Origin: Octopus sinensis
Lineage: Eukaryota
DNA length: 64,000 nucleotides
Assembly (NCBI RefSeq): GCF_006345805.1
Contig: NW_021824839.1
Location: 1 to 64,000, forward strand
Reading direction: 5' to 3'
The notes under the pieces: generated by a model
The model's input: the letters and a program-made list of their open reading frames with translations, nothing else
Told to the model about the DNA's origin: nothing
Databases searched by the model: none
Translations under genes and position numbers: made by a program
In this document: piece by piece, positions 12,236 to 27,130 of the stretch
How positions within the stretch are numbered: the stretch's first letter is position 1
Layout of the letters: every line of letters starts with the position of its first letter

Positions 12236-12510
12236 TAACATGTGGGGAATTAAGTTAAAATAATAAAGGAAAATAGACTAAAAATAATATAGTAAAAATA
12301 ATAAGGAATGGTAAGAACATCATTTCGAGGTAATATCATAATCCTTCGTATTACATCATATGGTGAAGAAAATCACTTCCAGGAGAAATTTCCGCAGGCT
12401 GTGAGGGTTACATCGTGTTTCAATTACTCTGATAATTCTTACCATTATTTTCATTTTATTTTACTTTATTATTTAACTTACTTGTTTATCCTCTCCATTT
12501 TTTATTTGCC

Positions 12511-12541
<31 letters not shown>

Positions 12542-12626
12542 ATATTATAGATATATATATTGTTATATTCGGAATGGTCATATTGCCAGTTTAGCCAATA
12601 AATCTTGCACAACAAATATTTAAACG

Positions 12627-12696
<70 letters not shown>

Positions 12697-12747
12697 GGTA
12701 TGTGTGGGTTGTGTATGGTGTTGTGTGGGTATGATGTATATATAGTG

Positions 12748-12789
<42 letters not shown>

Positions 12790-13104
12790 ATAATATATAA
12801 ATGTATGTCTGTATATTTGTTGTATATAGTATATATGTGTGTGTGTATGTATAAAATATACATATAAGTATGTCTTTGTGTTTGTCTTTCTGTTTGTCCT
12901 CCACTAACGCTTGGCAACCAGTGTTGGTTTGATTACCTCCCTGTCACTCAGCATTTCGGCAAAAGCCTGACAAAATAAGTACCACACTCATAAAGTAAAT
13001 ATGTACTGAGGGCGATTTGATGGATTAAGCCCTTCAAGGCGGTGTACCAGCATGGCCACAGTCAAATGACTGAAACAGGGAGTGGAAGGGGGAGGGGATA
13101 AAAA

Positions 13105-13520
13105 ACACGCATACGTTTCTTATTTCTTTACTACCCACAAGGGGCTAAACACAGAGTGGTCAAAGAAGGACAGACAAACGGATTAAGTCGGTTATATCGA
13201 CCCCAGTGCGTAACTGGTACTTATTTAATCGACCCCAAAAAGGATGAAAAGCAAAGTCGATCTCGGCGGAATTTGATCTCAGAACGTAACGGCAGACGAA
13301 ATACCTATTTCTTTACCACCTACAAGGGGCTAAACACAGAGGGGACAAGCAAGGACAGACAAACGGATTAAGTCGGTTACATCGACACCAGTGCGTAACT
13401 GGTACTTATTTAATCGACCGCCAAAGGATGAAAGGCAAAGTCGACCTCGGCGGAATTTGAACTCAGAACGTAGTGGCAGACGAAATACCGCTAAGCATTT
13501 GGCCCGGCTTGCTAACGTTT
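13105..13520 (-). mobile_element. SINE family B head-to-tail multimer
   Basis: One full head plus tandem ~180-bp units. Confidence 0.9.
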
Positions 13521-14539
13521 CTGCCAGCTCGCCGCCTTCTCGTATACGCCGACACGTATACGTTTCTTGCCCTACAAATGCTTCTGTATCTATGTTTCTT
13601 TACAAAATAATCGAGTTCTTTGTAGCTTTGTACGGAAATTATTTTACATCTTAAACAGACCGCAATCCAGTTCAACTAAGTCATTTCCTTAAAATGCGGT
13701 ATTTGCTGTTGAGGATAAACCGAATGCCATTTGTATATGTGATAGAAATTCGCCTATAACTTGGTCAGTTCTCTCAATAGCCTACTGACAAAAAAAAAAA
13801 GAAAAAAGCAGTGAAACACGGGTACTTGGAGCGATATCGGCTAGGACAGGGATTTAGTTTTTTTTTTCTAAATATGTTCGTTGACTGTGATCTTTAACAG
13901 AAGCTCAATTTTTGTTCTATATATTATATATATATATATATTTTTTTTTTCTGGCAGACTTACGTCCTTGCTCTAAATATTTCTGCGATTATTATCTTAT
14001 GAGAAATGTTAATCCCTGTTGCAAATTCGTGTGAATGTGTTCTACTCCACTGACGTATTTCTTATGCTCCGTGTCTACATACTTACAATATATGCTTACA
14101 TTACACACACACACACACACAACCTGTTCTCCCCGCACATATCTACTTCGAAGTTATACTTGTCTATCAACTGACTTGACCTGAAACTGTGTGCTGAAAC
14201 TGAAGCAAATTCATCGTATTTAGAGGTATTTCAATCATTTAATAAAACAAAGACATTAGCTTTTCATTTGTTTCATTGAGATATAACAATTTCCCTCGTA
14301 AGCTACGCCCTGGCCACTGTTCTGTTGAGATAACCTACATAAATACATACATGTACGCGTACAAGTGAAAGTATGTCTGTAATCGTATCACAGTGTCGCA
14401 ACGAAAATTTTGATATCTCAATTAATATATGAATTTAGAAGATTATAAAATCTTCTTCTTCTTCCTTTAATGACTCAAGAGAGAGCTCATAAAGTATTTT
14501 GCCCGGAATGATAATTCCTCATTAATAACTATTTGTTTG

Positions 14540-14581
<42 letters not shown>

Positions 14582-14810
14582 AAAAAAGGAGATGTGGAAC
14601 ACGAGTTGTGATATATAAAAAAAGGAAATGAAGAAAATGCTGACAAAATATTTTAAGTAAGGGAGAGTGTTTTTAATTAGGTGAAACGTCTTTTTACCGG
14701 TTGCGCATTTGTTATGCTTATCAAAAGATATTTTGAGTTCCTTTCTGATTGATTTTTTTGTCAGCATTTTCTTCATTTCCTTTATATATATATATATATA
14801 TATATATACA

Positions 14811-14960
14811 TACAGTAATCCCTCGCTATATCGAGGTTCACCTATCGCGCACTCAGTACATCGCGGATTTTTCTGGCTAGTATATGTAAATTTGTATCGC
14901 GGGTTTCTGCGGCCGATAGGTCTGTATATTTTTTTTAGACTTTATTTCTGTGGGATAACC
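14811..14960 (+). mobile_element. Tigger-like 5' terminus
   Basis: TACAGTAATCCCTCGCTATATCG... resembles Tigger/pogo TIR starts. No partner TIR was found. Confidence 0.5.
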
Positions 14961-15059
14961 AAAAGAAACCGGAATTTTGCAATACATATATTGGCGGTGC
15001 CCCAGCATGGCCACAGCTCAAGAGCTGAAACTGGAAAACATAAACAAACATATAATCTT

Positions 15060-15650
15060 ATTCACTTTTACATGTTTACACTTTCATCCCCTTCAAAGTA
15101 TTCTCCATTTGAAGCAATGCATCGGTCCAGACACATTTTCCACTGTTCGAAGCAGTCCTGGAACTCTTGCGAAGTGATCCCTTTTAACGCCTCTATCGTT
15201 TTTTTTTTCCTTTACCTCTTCCACATTTGCAGTGATGAACTTCGAAAAAAGGTCCGGATCAACTGTTCTTTCGGCTCACGGCACGCATTCAGTCGTGACT
15301 GCTTTTCATCTTCCGTGAGCAAGTGAGACACATATTTTGCTGCAACTTTTTTCATTTGCAATTCCTCAACCCAAATTCATTGGCCGGAGCTCCAGGACAC
15401 ACCAGTCATTGCCACAAGTTCGTCAATTATTCATGAATTTTCAAGATGTTTTCATTTGTTTGAGAGGTCGAAGGTCGTCCAGAACGAGATCGGTCCTAAA
15501 GCGACTAGTGACCACTCCTAAGGCGTGAAAACCACTCGTAACCTCATGTTTTGCTCATGGCAGCGTCCTAGTAAGCTGTTGAAGCATGACAACTGTTTCG
15601 GTCGCCGCTTTTTAATCTGCCATTGTACAGCATTATCGTAATGTTATAGT
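15060..15650 (-). mobile_element. Degraded, internally deleted mariner transposase
   Basis: Minus strand gives an N-terminal HTH region (..GRPL..) and SRLNACRE..VDPDLF joined directly to VEEVK..QEFQDCFEQWK..RCIASNGEYFEGD. Confidence 0.75.
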
Positions 15651-15853
15651 GTTTCATTGAATTTTTTTTATCGAGGTCTTTATTTAATTTTCTCATATGT
15701 ACATCTATATTTCTCTCTTTTCTTTCTCAGTCGCAAGTCTCAATCATGCTTTCTTTCTCTGTCCCAGTTATTAAGATTTCTTTACATGTTTCACTCCTTT
15801 TGTGCCTTGCTCCAAATGTAGCAGTTGCTTAACAACAGCATGCAAAGCCTTGC

Positions 15854-15958
<105 letters not shown>

Positions 15959-15959
15959 T

Positions 15960-16318
15960 ATAGGAACCATTAATATTTGGTAGTTTTGGACGACTTTATA
16001 TTGCATCACTCGCTACACCTCTGTGCAGCATTGTGTGTTAATTTTTTGATGTTGAGTTAGTGAAAATCCTTTCCAGTATTGCATTGCGTCATTATTTTGC
16101 TGTATTAGTGCTTGTATTGTGTGTCGTGAGTGTAATGCGAGTCCTGTTCTTCTATTGGGTATACAGCCTGCTGGTGGTTGTTTATTTTATTGGATATTTG
16201 CTACGTAGAGTGCATTGTGCTTGTGGATTATTTTGTTTGGATCATATTATTGAATTGACAGTCTTGCGTAGGATGTGAGCTGTTCCTCGAGGGTCAAGAT
16301 ATAGCTTCTACTTTTTTG
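15960..16318 (-). mobile_element. 3' end of another R4/Dong-like element
   Basis: Minus strand reads GTAHILRKT..* directly after the (AAT)n tract, followed by a 3'UTR-like sequence of about 300 bp. Confidence 0.55.
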
Positions 16319-16345
16319 TTCTATTATTATTATCATCATCATCCA

Positions 16346-16399
<54 letters not shown>

Positions 16400-16455
16400 T
16401 ATTACTATTATTTTATTATTATTGCTATTATTATTATTATTATATATTATCATTA

Positions 16456-16503
<48 letters not shown>

Positions 16504-16513
16504 CATTATTATT

Positions 16514-17886
16514 CAGTAGTTTTATTTTTATAGCGTGCTTTCACTTCACTACCGAGCGCAGCTCTGTGTGCCTTGGGTATGTGCTGTGATTTGTTGTGAT
16601 GCTCTGATGGTTATTGTATGGAAAGTGTTCTGCGTAGTAGGATGTGTGCAGTGCCTAGTAGTGCAATTTCTGTATGTTATATGTGTTGTAAGTCCTGGTG
16701 TTTTTGTTATGTATTTGTCTGAATATTTTTTTATCATGCCTAATGCACCTACTATGATAGGAATTGTTTTGTTTTCAGGTTCCACATTCTAGTTACCTCT
16801 ATTTCCAGTCTTTGTATTTTGAGAGTTTCTCCATTTCTTTTAGAGACACGTTGTCATCTGCCGGTATTGATACATCAATTAGAAAGCATTTCTTTTCTTC
16901 ATGATCTCTGACAACTATATCTGTCTGTTGGCCTTAATTTCTCTATCTGTGTGTATCGGCATATCCCAGAGTATGGTTGCTTTCTCGTTTTCTGTGACCT
17001 TTCTGGTGTGTGCCTATACCATCTTTTTTCTGTTGTTATTCCATAATGTTGGCATAGCTTCCAATGTATGTAGGTTCCAACTCTGTCATGTCTGTGAATA
17101 TATTCCTTCTTAGCCAGGACTGGGCAGCTAGAGATAATATGATTTATTGTTTCTTGTCCATCTCCACATATTCTGCAAGTTACTTGTAATATTTCTTTTC
17201 ATTACATGTTTTGGTAATTTCTGGTGGGGAGGCTTGGTCTTGTGCTGCAATTAAAAATCCCTCTGTTTCTGCTTTGTGTCCTGAGCTTCTCAACCATTGC
17301 TGGGATTTTCTTTGTCTATTTCTTTTGCGTTTAGTTTAGTGCAGTATTTACCATGAATGGGCTTTTCTTGCCATCGTTTTATCATGGTTCGTTGCTGTTC
17401 TTTTTTAGTTTGGATTTCATTTGTTTTATAGCTTTTGTGTTTCTTCATCATCTTCTTCTTCTTCTTCGTGTTATTAGGTGGTATGATTTCTTGTTTGTAT
17501 TTGTCAGCTTCCTTAAATACTGAGAACAGTTTTTGTTTGCTCGTGTTTTGCTGCTATCTGGATCAGTTTTCCTTCCTTCTGAAGTAGGTATTTTTGCAGT
17601 CCTATGGTGGTTATTTTATAGTAGTTTTCCAGCTGTATAAGGCCTCTACCACCTTCTATTACGTTGTATATATAGTCTTTCTATGTCAGATTTTGGGTGA
17701 TGCATCTAGATCCTGTCATTATTTTTCTTGTTTTCCTATCATTTTGGACAGTTCATTTCGTGTCCAGTTAAGGATATGGTAGCTGTAACTTATAACTGGG
17801 ACAGCTAAAGTGTTGATACCTATTATCTTGTTTTTAGCATTGAGCTCTGTTTTTAGTATTGATCTAACTCGTCTATAATATTCTTT
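16514..17886 (-). mobile_element. 5'-truncated R4/Dong-like (RLE-type) non-LTR retrotransposon in a (TAA)n array
   Basis: Minus strand encodes KEYYRRVRSILKTELNAKNK, HPKSDIERLY..GGRGL, HGKY, ETEGFLIAAQDQ, the RLE motif NRPDIVV..LIDVSIP..KLSKYKDL and PIIVGALG. It has a short 3'UTR ending in (AAT)n, contains frameshifts, and is flanked on both sides by (TAA)n. Confidence 0.9.
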
Positions 17887-17896
17887 ATTATTATTA

Positions 17897-17969
<73 letters not shown>

Positions 17970-18204
17970 GGTAGCGAGCCGGCAGAATTGTTAACACGCC
18001 GGGCAAAATGGTTCGCAGTATTTCGTCATTCTTTACGTTCTGACTTCAAATTCCGCCGAGGTCAACTTTGCCTTTCATCTTTATCTTTTCGGGGTCGAAA
18101 AAATAAGTAGCAGTTGAGTACATGGTCGATGTAATTGACTTACCCGCTTCCCTGAAATTGCTAGCCTTGTACCAAAATTTGAAACTGTTATTATTATTAT
18201 TATT

Positions 18205-18422
18205 GCTTTCATATACACTCAACAGATTAGACTGTTGGAAAAGAAAACAATCCGAACATCGGGTTACAAGTTGCCTTAGATGCCAAGAACCCTCCTAAGT
18301 ATCCTAGCTGTCCCTAATAACACTATTTTCTGCAGCTGGCTGAACTGGGTTTTATGTCTATTTCCTCTATCCATCTGTTCAGATCTTTAAGGCTAGTTCC
18401 CAATGTACTTATAACTACTGGG

Positions 18423-18423
<1 letters not shown>
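18205..18423 (-). mobile_element. 3' end of a second R4/Dong-like family in (TAA)n
   Basis: Minus strand reads IPVVISTLG and QKIVLLGTARILRRVLGI*, followed by a short UTR. (AAT)n lies on both sides. Confidence 0.8.
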
Positions 18424-18480
<57 letters not shown>

Positions 18481-18669
18481 TATTATTATCAATTATTATT
18501 ATATATTATTTTATTATTATTATATTAATTATTATTATCATCTCATCGTCATCGTCGTCATCATCATCATCATCATTCATCATCATCACCACCATCATCA
18601 TCATAATCATCATCATTATCATCATTATTATTATTATCATTATCATCATCATCATCATCATTATTGTTA

Positions 18670-18709
<40 letters not shown>

Positions 18710-18756
18710 CATCATTATTGTTATTATTATTATTATCATCATCATCATCATCATCA

Positions 18757-18798
<42 letters not shown>

Positions 18799-18808
18799 TA
18801 TTATTATC
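18424..18808. repeat. (ATT/ATC)n microsatellite
   Basis: Direct inspection. Confidence 0.97.
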
Positions 18809-19366
18809 GTTGTTTATGTTGCTACAGTTGCTTCTTAACTAGACATGAAATCTGAAGGTTTTAGAGGTGAGAGAGTAAATGAACGGATGTAATCTTCAAT
18901 CCTTTGTCATCTACTCGCCCCCCCACACACACACACACACTCGCACATATATACACACTCATACAAATGCTTAAATACCTTCACAGCATAGAGACATTAT
19001 TGAATTGCTTGTAAGAGGGGATTGAAACAACTTCTGGTTATTGCCGGTTGATATTGCAATGGTGGAGGCCTTGAAGTGTTGTTGTTGTTGCTGTTGTTAG
19101 TGGTGGTGGCGGCGGCGGCGGCGGTGGTAGTGATGGTGTTGGTGGTGATGGTGGTGACCATGTTGGGGATTTAGGGGATATCAAGGCAACAGCAAAATAA
19201 AAAATAAAAACTAAAAACATAAAACCAAAGTGCAAATCAACAGCAGCTACGAGAACAACCACGTTGACGACGGCAACAATAACAACAACAACTTAGAGAA
19301 ACTGACAGCAGAATTATATATGGAAAAAGTAAAGGAGAAAGAAAGAAAGAAAGAAAGAAAGAAAGC

Positions 19367-19402
<36 letters not shown>

Positions 19403-19939
19403 AATGACTTTAACAACAGGGGTTTGGTTATGGATATTTTAATATAGTAGAATAAGGCAGGCAAGAAGCATGTTGAGGAGAGGAAGCAAATTGCTATAAC
19501 AAACATTGATATTTGAATGTTTTTCTTTAAAGAAATATGAATATATTTTTTTTTTAAATAATAAAAGAAACACGAACGAAAACATTAAAATGGTCTTAAA
19601 ACAAAAATCAAAATGAACAAGAAAAAAAAAATGATTAAAAAAAAAGTCATTCATTTCTTCCAATCGCTACTTATGTAGTCTGTCTCTTACCACCAACCAT
19701 TACCCAATAGCACTACCGAAGCGACCACCCAAGCAGACGGGACATCCCCGTAGGGAGGGCAGATATTAAAGCCGGTTCGTGGTGAACGCATTAAAGTGTA
19801 AACAAATCTGTATATCAAATATGCTTAGAATATATCTACAGGAAAGCTACTCACACACAAACACACACACGTCTGTACGAAAGTTTATGTATAAGTATGC
19901 ATGTGTATAAGAATGTTTATAAATCTACTGCTCATATAT

Positions 19940-19986
<47 letters not shown>

Positions 19987-19995
19987 CATATATTA

Positions 19996-20034
<39 letters not shown>

Positions 20035-20752
20035 ATCTATATATATATATATATATATATTATATTACACATATTGTGTGTATGTGTGTGTGTGTGCGTG
20101 TCGTCTTTGTATGCGGAAGTGTGTGCGGCTATGTGGCTGTATTCGTGTCTGTATATCCGTTTAGGATATATTTTCATTCATTCATTCATACATACAGTGA
20201 AGTTATGGTAAATATTCCATGTTTTCTTTACGTGGCATATTTTTTATTGAGGCTCATTCTTCTCGGTCGTTTCATTCACAAATGATATAATGTGTCGGTT
20301 GTAACATCGACTACCTGTTAAGTCGTTTGTATACTCCTCCCAGTATCGAAAATATCTCGCTCACATGAAACTAAAATTGTATTGCCAGGAGTGATGCACG
20401 TCTTTGTTTCCATTCTCTCTCTCTCTCTGTCACTCTACTGTCTCCACACACACACACACACACACACATACACACACACTCACACAAGTTTATACAAAGA
20501 ACTCTTGATACAGTCACAATATTTTAGGAAAATGTTTCTTCAACTAAAAGATAATTATATTTAAAAAATCTTCAAATAATAGGAAAACCCTTTTCCAAGG
20601 ACGTTTTTGTATTGTGTTAAAGCTTTTCGCTGTTTAGAGCTTTTCAAACACACGTGTTATAAGGTAATTCATAATTATATAATAATATAAATAATATATA
20701 TATGCTTATATATACATACGTATATGTACATACTTACTTCTATACACACACA

Positions 20753-20825
<73 letters not shown>

Positions 20826-22248
20826 ACATATGCAAGTGGGCACAGGACATCATGAAACGTGTACAACAAAAAAGTACGAAGCACGAGTACATGGAACATG
20901 AACTATTCTCTCGAACAACTAAAGACACAAATGGAAAACAGAAACAAACAACGTAAAGAACGACTCTTCATCAGTTGTTGGCTATTTCCCTAGCCTCGTA
21001 TTCGAGCATTTAACTACAATATACGCTTTCGATAAAACAGTTGCTCCCGCAAAGCAAATTAAATAAAATTTGGGATTTTATGGAGAGTCAAAATAGGTAA
21101 CACAAACAGGACAGTGAAAACAAACAGGAAGGGCTGCTAAGTCTATACGAGGTTATGGTGGTGAACGCGTAAATCAAGCCACGACAGGAGACAAACAAGA
21201 ACACGTCTTCCTTGTTCCAGCTACAACGGGGGGAAAGAAAGATGTCCAATGGTCACCAAGGGAGGAGGAGTGAGGAAGAGAAAGTGTCAGAGTAATAGGA
21301 TAGAACAGTGGTAGAAGAGGAGGTAAAAGAATAAGAGGGGAAAAAGAGAGAAAAACAAAAGATTAAAAAGATCGTATAGCGTGCGCAAGAGAATTATTAA
21401 GATAAAATTTACTCGGAAGAGGATGCGTGACGTTCATATATAAATAATATATATATGCATATATACATACGTATATGAACATACTTACATCTATACGTAT
21501 GTATATATGATATGTGGGTACAGGACGTCATAATCCCGGGATTAACGGCATCGATTGAGCTACCAATCCTTCTGATCGCTGAATACAAAACGTTGCTTGC
21601 GAGACCTATGTTCGGCTGATTTTCATGAGTCACCATTTCTCTCCGTACGCAAATCCGTCACCAGGTTAGCCATTTATAGCTGAGTGGATTGGAGTAACGT
21701 GAAATGAAATTTCTTGCTCAAGAACACCATGCGCCACATGGTCCGGGAATCGAACCCAAAATCTGGCGACCATAGGAGCAACACCTTAACTACTAGCCCG
21801 AGCGCCTTCACTAAGAGAAAAAATGATGGTATCAGGATTTCCAGGCAGCAAAGTTCCTAGGAACCATGAACACGTTCTATGGACCATATCATCTTTATTA
21901 TTGGTGTGTACACCCTAGCTTTAGCATCATTTCATTTTGAAGGATGTCGTGTTTATTGATCAGTGGATCAGTGGACGAAACAGTAGTTATGACTTTGCAT
22001 AACAGACATTGCAATTGTGTCTAATTTATTCAATGGCCCAGATTACCTCAGTAGCCCTTTGGTTATTAATGGGAAATCTTATGCAGTTCTAAAAGTATTT
22101 AATTTTTTTTTTTTTTTACTTTACTGTAGTTGTTACCTTTGATAAAGGGTCTTTGCTGCTGGCAGTATTTTAACCGATTTATATTTTGTTGCTTCTCTTT
22201 ATTTTCTGGGTGTTTTTCTCTCACTTGAGACCCTGAATCAATGAATCA

Positions 22249-22345
<97 letters not shown>

Positions 22346-22813
22346 CGTATAAATGTATGTACATAAATCAATACGCATAAACGTTCTTTTGGCAAGTTAT
22401 TGAAAAGCTATGGTGCTTTGAACCCTAAACTGTTACAGTTTAAGCCCTTTCTCTAGATGGAAATGTTTTGATCTATACAGTGGCTATCAGTCTGTGGGGG
22501 TTAGTATTGCTTTCAATTCCACGATTAAGTAATAAACTCTCTGGTATCTTCGATATGTATGTATGTGTGTATAGGTGTATGTAAGTGTGTGTGTGTGTGT
22601 GTGTATCGCTGCACATGTTTTGCGTTTTCGCTCCCGGGACTAGAAATCCTTAATGATTTTAAACCTTTCCCAGTAGCTCATCTGTTTCACCGAGGCAATC
22701 TTCTTGGTTTAGTGACATTGGATTGTTTAGTGCTCCGCTGTTGGTTGGATACTACGTGGGCGACATAACTGAGTACAGTAGTATATATAGCATATATATA
22801 TATATATAATATC

Positions 22814-22852
<39 letters not shown>

Positions 22853-23599
22853 GGACATCACATCTATGCACACACATACATACACACATACTCACATACA
22901 TTCATCGGACACATGCCACCCGGAACATACACACAGACACACTCACACATCACACACACAGACATACTTACAGCCACATACTCGCAGGCTCGCGCACGCA
23001 CGCGCTTGCGCCGGTTCGCGTACGCATACGCTCCGCAGGCACCTCGCTCTTGGAACCGACAAGACCTCCCGCCCGTTCCTGGGACCGTCGCGGTCGTTGG
23101 GTTTTCCCACGCCCGCCTCCGCGGGACCACTCTTCCATCTTCCCCTCAGCTGGAGTCCTTTTCCTTAACCCCCCTTTTTCGTTACACACACGCGCACACA
23201 TATAACACATTGCTTAAATATATACATTACTCTTACACACATTCAATCTACTCGCCATTTATACCACCACGACACTGGCACACACACACACACTACTACT
23301 CAACAACGTGGCACGCTACATACGCCCCCACCCCTTCCCCTCCCTCCCTTCCTCCTTCCTTCTTTTCTTACTACTGACCTTTGTCTGCTAGCTGACCACT
23401 ATCTCGCCTACCTCACACGCCTACAACACAGACGACACACTAACACACACATATATATCTTTTTGTTTTTCATCTCGCCTCACACACACACATACACACA
23501 CGCACACGCACACACTCACACATACACCACACTGTTGCGTTACAACCTTGTCTCCACTCTTGCCTTTAAAAACCACTGTGCTCTGTTTTCGTAAACATC

Positions 23600-23819
23600 C
23601 GCCTTTCACCATGTGCAACTCGTAAACACCAGTCGTCTTTTTTCTCTTCCCTGTTTGCCCGCTCTGGGATCTTTCTTTCTCTCTCTTCCTTCTTTATATT
23701 TCCGACGAAGAGCTCCGCTCGAAACGTCATACCTCCCTGCTTCCTTTTCCTGAGCGCCTATTAATAATAATACTGTAAGTGTTCCCTTGTTGTTGTTTTT
23801 TTGTTTCCCGTTTTGGATT

Positions 23820-23822
<3 letters not shown>
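23600..23822 (+). mobile_element. Penelope-like pLTR remnant, degenerate hammerhead
   Basis: CCGACGA-A-GAGC(TCC)GCTC-GAAACGTC at 23702-23728, with the same tail as the 53200 copy. Confidence 0.6.
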
Positions 23823-23852
<30 letters not shown>

Positions 23853-23962
23853 GCATATATATATATATCTATATATATTATATACATTCATACATATATA
23901 TATATATATTTATATATATACACAATATATATGCATGTATTAGTATATGTATCTATATATCC

Positions 23963-24022
<60 letters not shown>

Positions 24023-24047
24023 CTCTGTCTATATATATATATATATT

Positions 24048-24079
<32 letters not shown>

Positions 24080-24699
24080 CCTATCATGTGCATAAAATAA
24101 GTATATAATGAAAATTATTAATTTCTTTGTGAGTTCACTGAAACGAAGAATTTTACGTAAATATGAAAAGTTATGGAATAAAATATATGACGTAAAGGTG
24201 TGTGTATGTGTATATATGTGTGCATGTGCGTGTGTGTGTGTGTCTTTATGTTTTGATATATATATATATATGCATGTATGTATATATGTATGTATGTATT
24301 TGTATGTGTGAGCGTAGGTGTGTATGTATTAAGAGAGAGAGATATATATATATATATACAAAAAGGTCGAGCATATCTGATTATCTGTGTGTGCGCGTGT
24401 AAAAGCGCGTCAGTGTGTGTGTGTGCGCGCGCGCGCGTTATTACGGATTATAAATCGGTTCCGAAAGATTTCCTGCAACGTCAGAAAGGTGTGAAGAATA
24501 TATTTACCTTCATGTTCTTTTTATGTTTGCAATCAGCACAGCATGAAACCTTTGAGCTATGCGGTTTGAAAGGTTAGTTATCGCACGCACACACACACAC
24601 ACACTCATACAGACTCACACATACGCCCCCCCACGCACACAAACACACGCATACATACCTACCTTCATACATACATATACATACACACGCGCGCGCGCG

Positions 24700-24733
<34 letters not shown>

Positions 24734-24858
24734 ACTGAAAGATACATATTGATATACACGCACACACACACACATATATATATATTATATATATACATAT
24801 ATATATAAATGAAAGATACATATTGATATACACGCACACACACACATAAATAAATGAA

Positions 24859-24893
<35 letters not shown>

Positions 24894-24978
24894 TATATAT
24901 ATATATACATATAACTAGATCATAGACACACACATTTATAAGTGTATTTTTTAAACATATGCACATGTGAATATGTTA

Positions 24979-25012
<34 letters not shown>

Positions 25013-25019
25013 CATAATC

Positions 25020-25056
<37 letters not shown>

Positions 25057-25119
25057 ATATTGTATAAATATATAAATGTATATGTAGAAATATATAAATA
25101 CATATATATATAATATATA

Positions 25120-25170
<51 letters not shown>

Positions 25171-25415
25171 TATATATATATAATTCAAAGAGAGTTAGAT
25201 GTTGTGAATCCAACCAAGGGATAATATCTATCCAATATACTGCTGGTAGAACACCCAATTATTAATACACAAGTGTTTGTTTTATTGCATGGCAATTACA
25301 CTACTGAATGTAATAAATGGGTGAAGGTAAAAATTTGTTTTACCCTTAATTTATACGGTAATAAAAAAAATGGAGGGGATCAGAAGGTGGTATTCATCAA
25401 CCTTTAAATATTATA

Positions 25416-25914
25416 TTATGTCTATTTATTTATTTTAAAAAAAATAATTATAATAATATACATACATATATAACAGATTATGCTTTACATATATAAAAAT
25501 GCCAGCAACTATTAAAATATATAACGCAGAACATAGAAAGTAGAATATTTTCTTACAGCTGTTTCAGCCAAGAGGTCACAATACCCCATTTTACTTCTAT
25601 TCCTTCAGTGATCTGAAGTATTTGGTAGATAAAATTAATGTACTTGGGTCTGCCTTAATTTTAACTATCAAATACTTCAGTACCTTAATTTTATCTACCA
25701 AATACTTCAGTTCACTGAAGGAATAGAAGTAAAATGGGGTATTGTGACCTCTTGGCTGAAACAGCTGTAAGAAACTATTCTACTTTCTATGTTCTACGTT
25801 ATATATTTTAATAATTACTGGCATTTTTATATATGTAAAGCATAATCTGTTATACATGTATCTGTTATACGTATATTATAATTGTTTTTAAAAATAATAA
25901 ATAAATAGACGTAA
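25416..25914. repeat. Fold-back inversion, ~230-bp arms
   Basis: 25416-25644 is the reverse complement of about 25679-25914. The spacer contains an extra imperfect copy of the inner arm end. Confidence 0.95.
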
Positions 25915-26449
25915 CCGAGCTGTTATGTAAGACATCGATATTTTCCAATAAAAACATACACTCTTATTAAGCATCTTGACAGGAGTGAATAATATAAAAA
26001 TTAGGAAACGATAACCAGAAATGTATGAATAATATAAATTCCTATGTGGTTAGATAAATCATTTAAAGAGAAAAACGGTTGATATTTATAAATTAGAAGT
26101 TTCTTCACTGCTTCAAAGTTATAAAGTCCTTATAAAGTCATAAGAAGGAAAGAGAAATAATATATTACTGTGTTCATAGTAGAGGAATAGATAGACACAA
26201 AGAAAATTATATCCTTGATCAATATTCATTATCTAGAGAGGAGATATAAGTGCTTGGCAAATTAATAACTTATCGTAACAACTTCAGTTATCAAGGAATT
26301 GATTTAATTTTAGACACTGGTATATGGTTTCTGCTTTTAAAAGGTTGGTTTTATTTATTAAATAAGATTGGGAATAAAATAAGCATATGAAAAGGAAAAT
26401 AAAGTTTTATAAGAATGGTTTCAATATTTGGCACAAGGCAAAGCAACGA

Positions 26450-27130
26450 GCTGGCAGAATCGTTAGTGCGCTAAGGGAAATGATTAGCGTTATTTCGTCT
26501 GCCTCTAGGTTCTGAGTTCAAATTCCGCCGAGGTCGACTTTGCCTTTCATCCTTTCGGGGTCGATAAATTAAGTGCCAGTTACGCAATGGGGTCGATGTA
26601 ATCGACTTAATCCGTTTGTCTGTCCTTCTTTGTCCCCTCTATGTTTAGCCCCTTGTGGGCAATAAAGAGATAAGAATCGTTAGTACGCTAAGGGAAATGC
26701 TTAGCGGCATTTCGTCTGTTTTTACGTTCTGAATTCCAAAGTCCGCCGAAGCTGACTTTACCTTTCATCCTTTCGGGGTCGATAAAATAAGTACCACTTG
26801 AGCACTGGGGATGGGGGTAAGGTGTCGATGTAATCGACTTACACCCGTCCCCCGAAAATGCTGGGCTTGTGTAAAAATTTGAAATTAATATTTTGCGTCT
26901 TTAAGGTTGTGAGCTGGCAGAATCGTTAGCACGCCAGGCAAAGTACTCTGCGGCATCTCGTCCGTCTTCACGTTCTGAATTCAAAATCCGCTGAGATCGA
27001 CTTAGCCTTTCACCCTTTCGGGGTCAATTAAATAAGTACAACTTAATCACTGGTGGTGGTGGGGGTGGGGGAGCGATGTAATCAACTTACACACTTCCCC
27101 CGAAAGTGCTGGTCTTAAGCCAAAAATTGA
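26450..27130 (+). mobile_element. SINE family B tandem cluster
   Basis: Three successive B units. The first junction is AAAGAGATAAG|AATCGTTAG. Confidence 0.85.

Noticed and set aside
13105-13520. Regular ~180-bp repeats as a CRISPR array
   Set aside because: The units are contiguous SINE multimers without unique spacers, in eukaryotic context with no cas genes.
20870-21130. Penelope-like fragment with CTGATGA on the minus strand
   Set aside because: No downstream GAAA or stem, and the peptide similarity is too weak.
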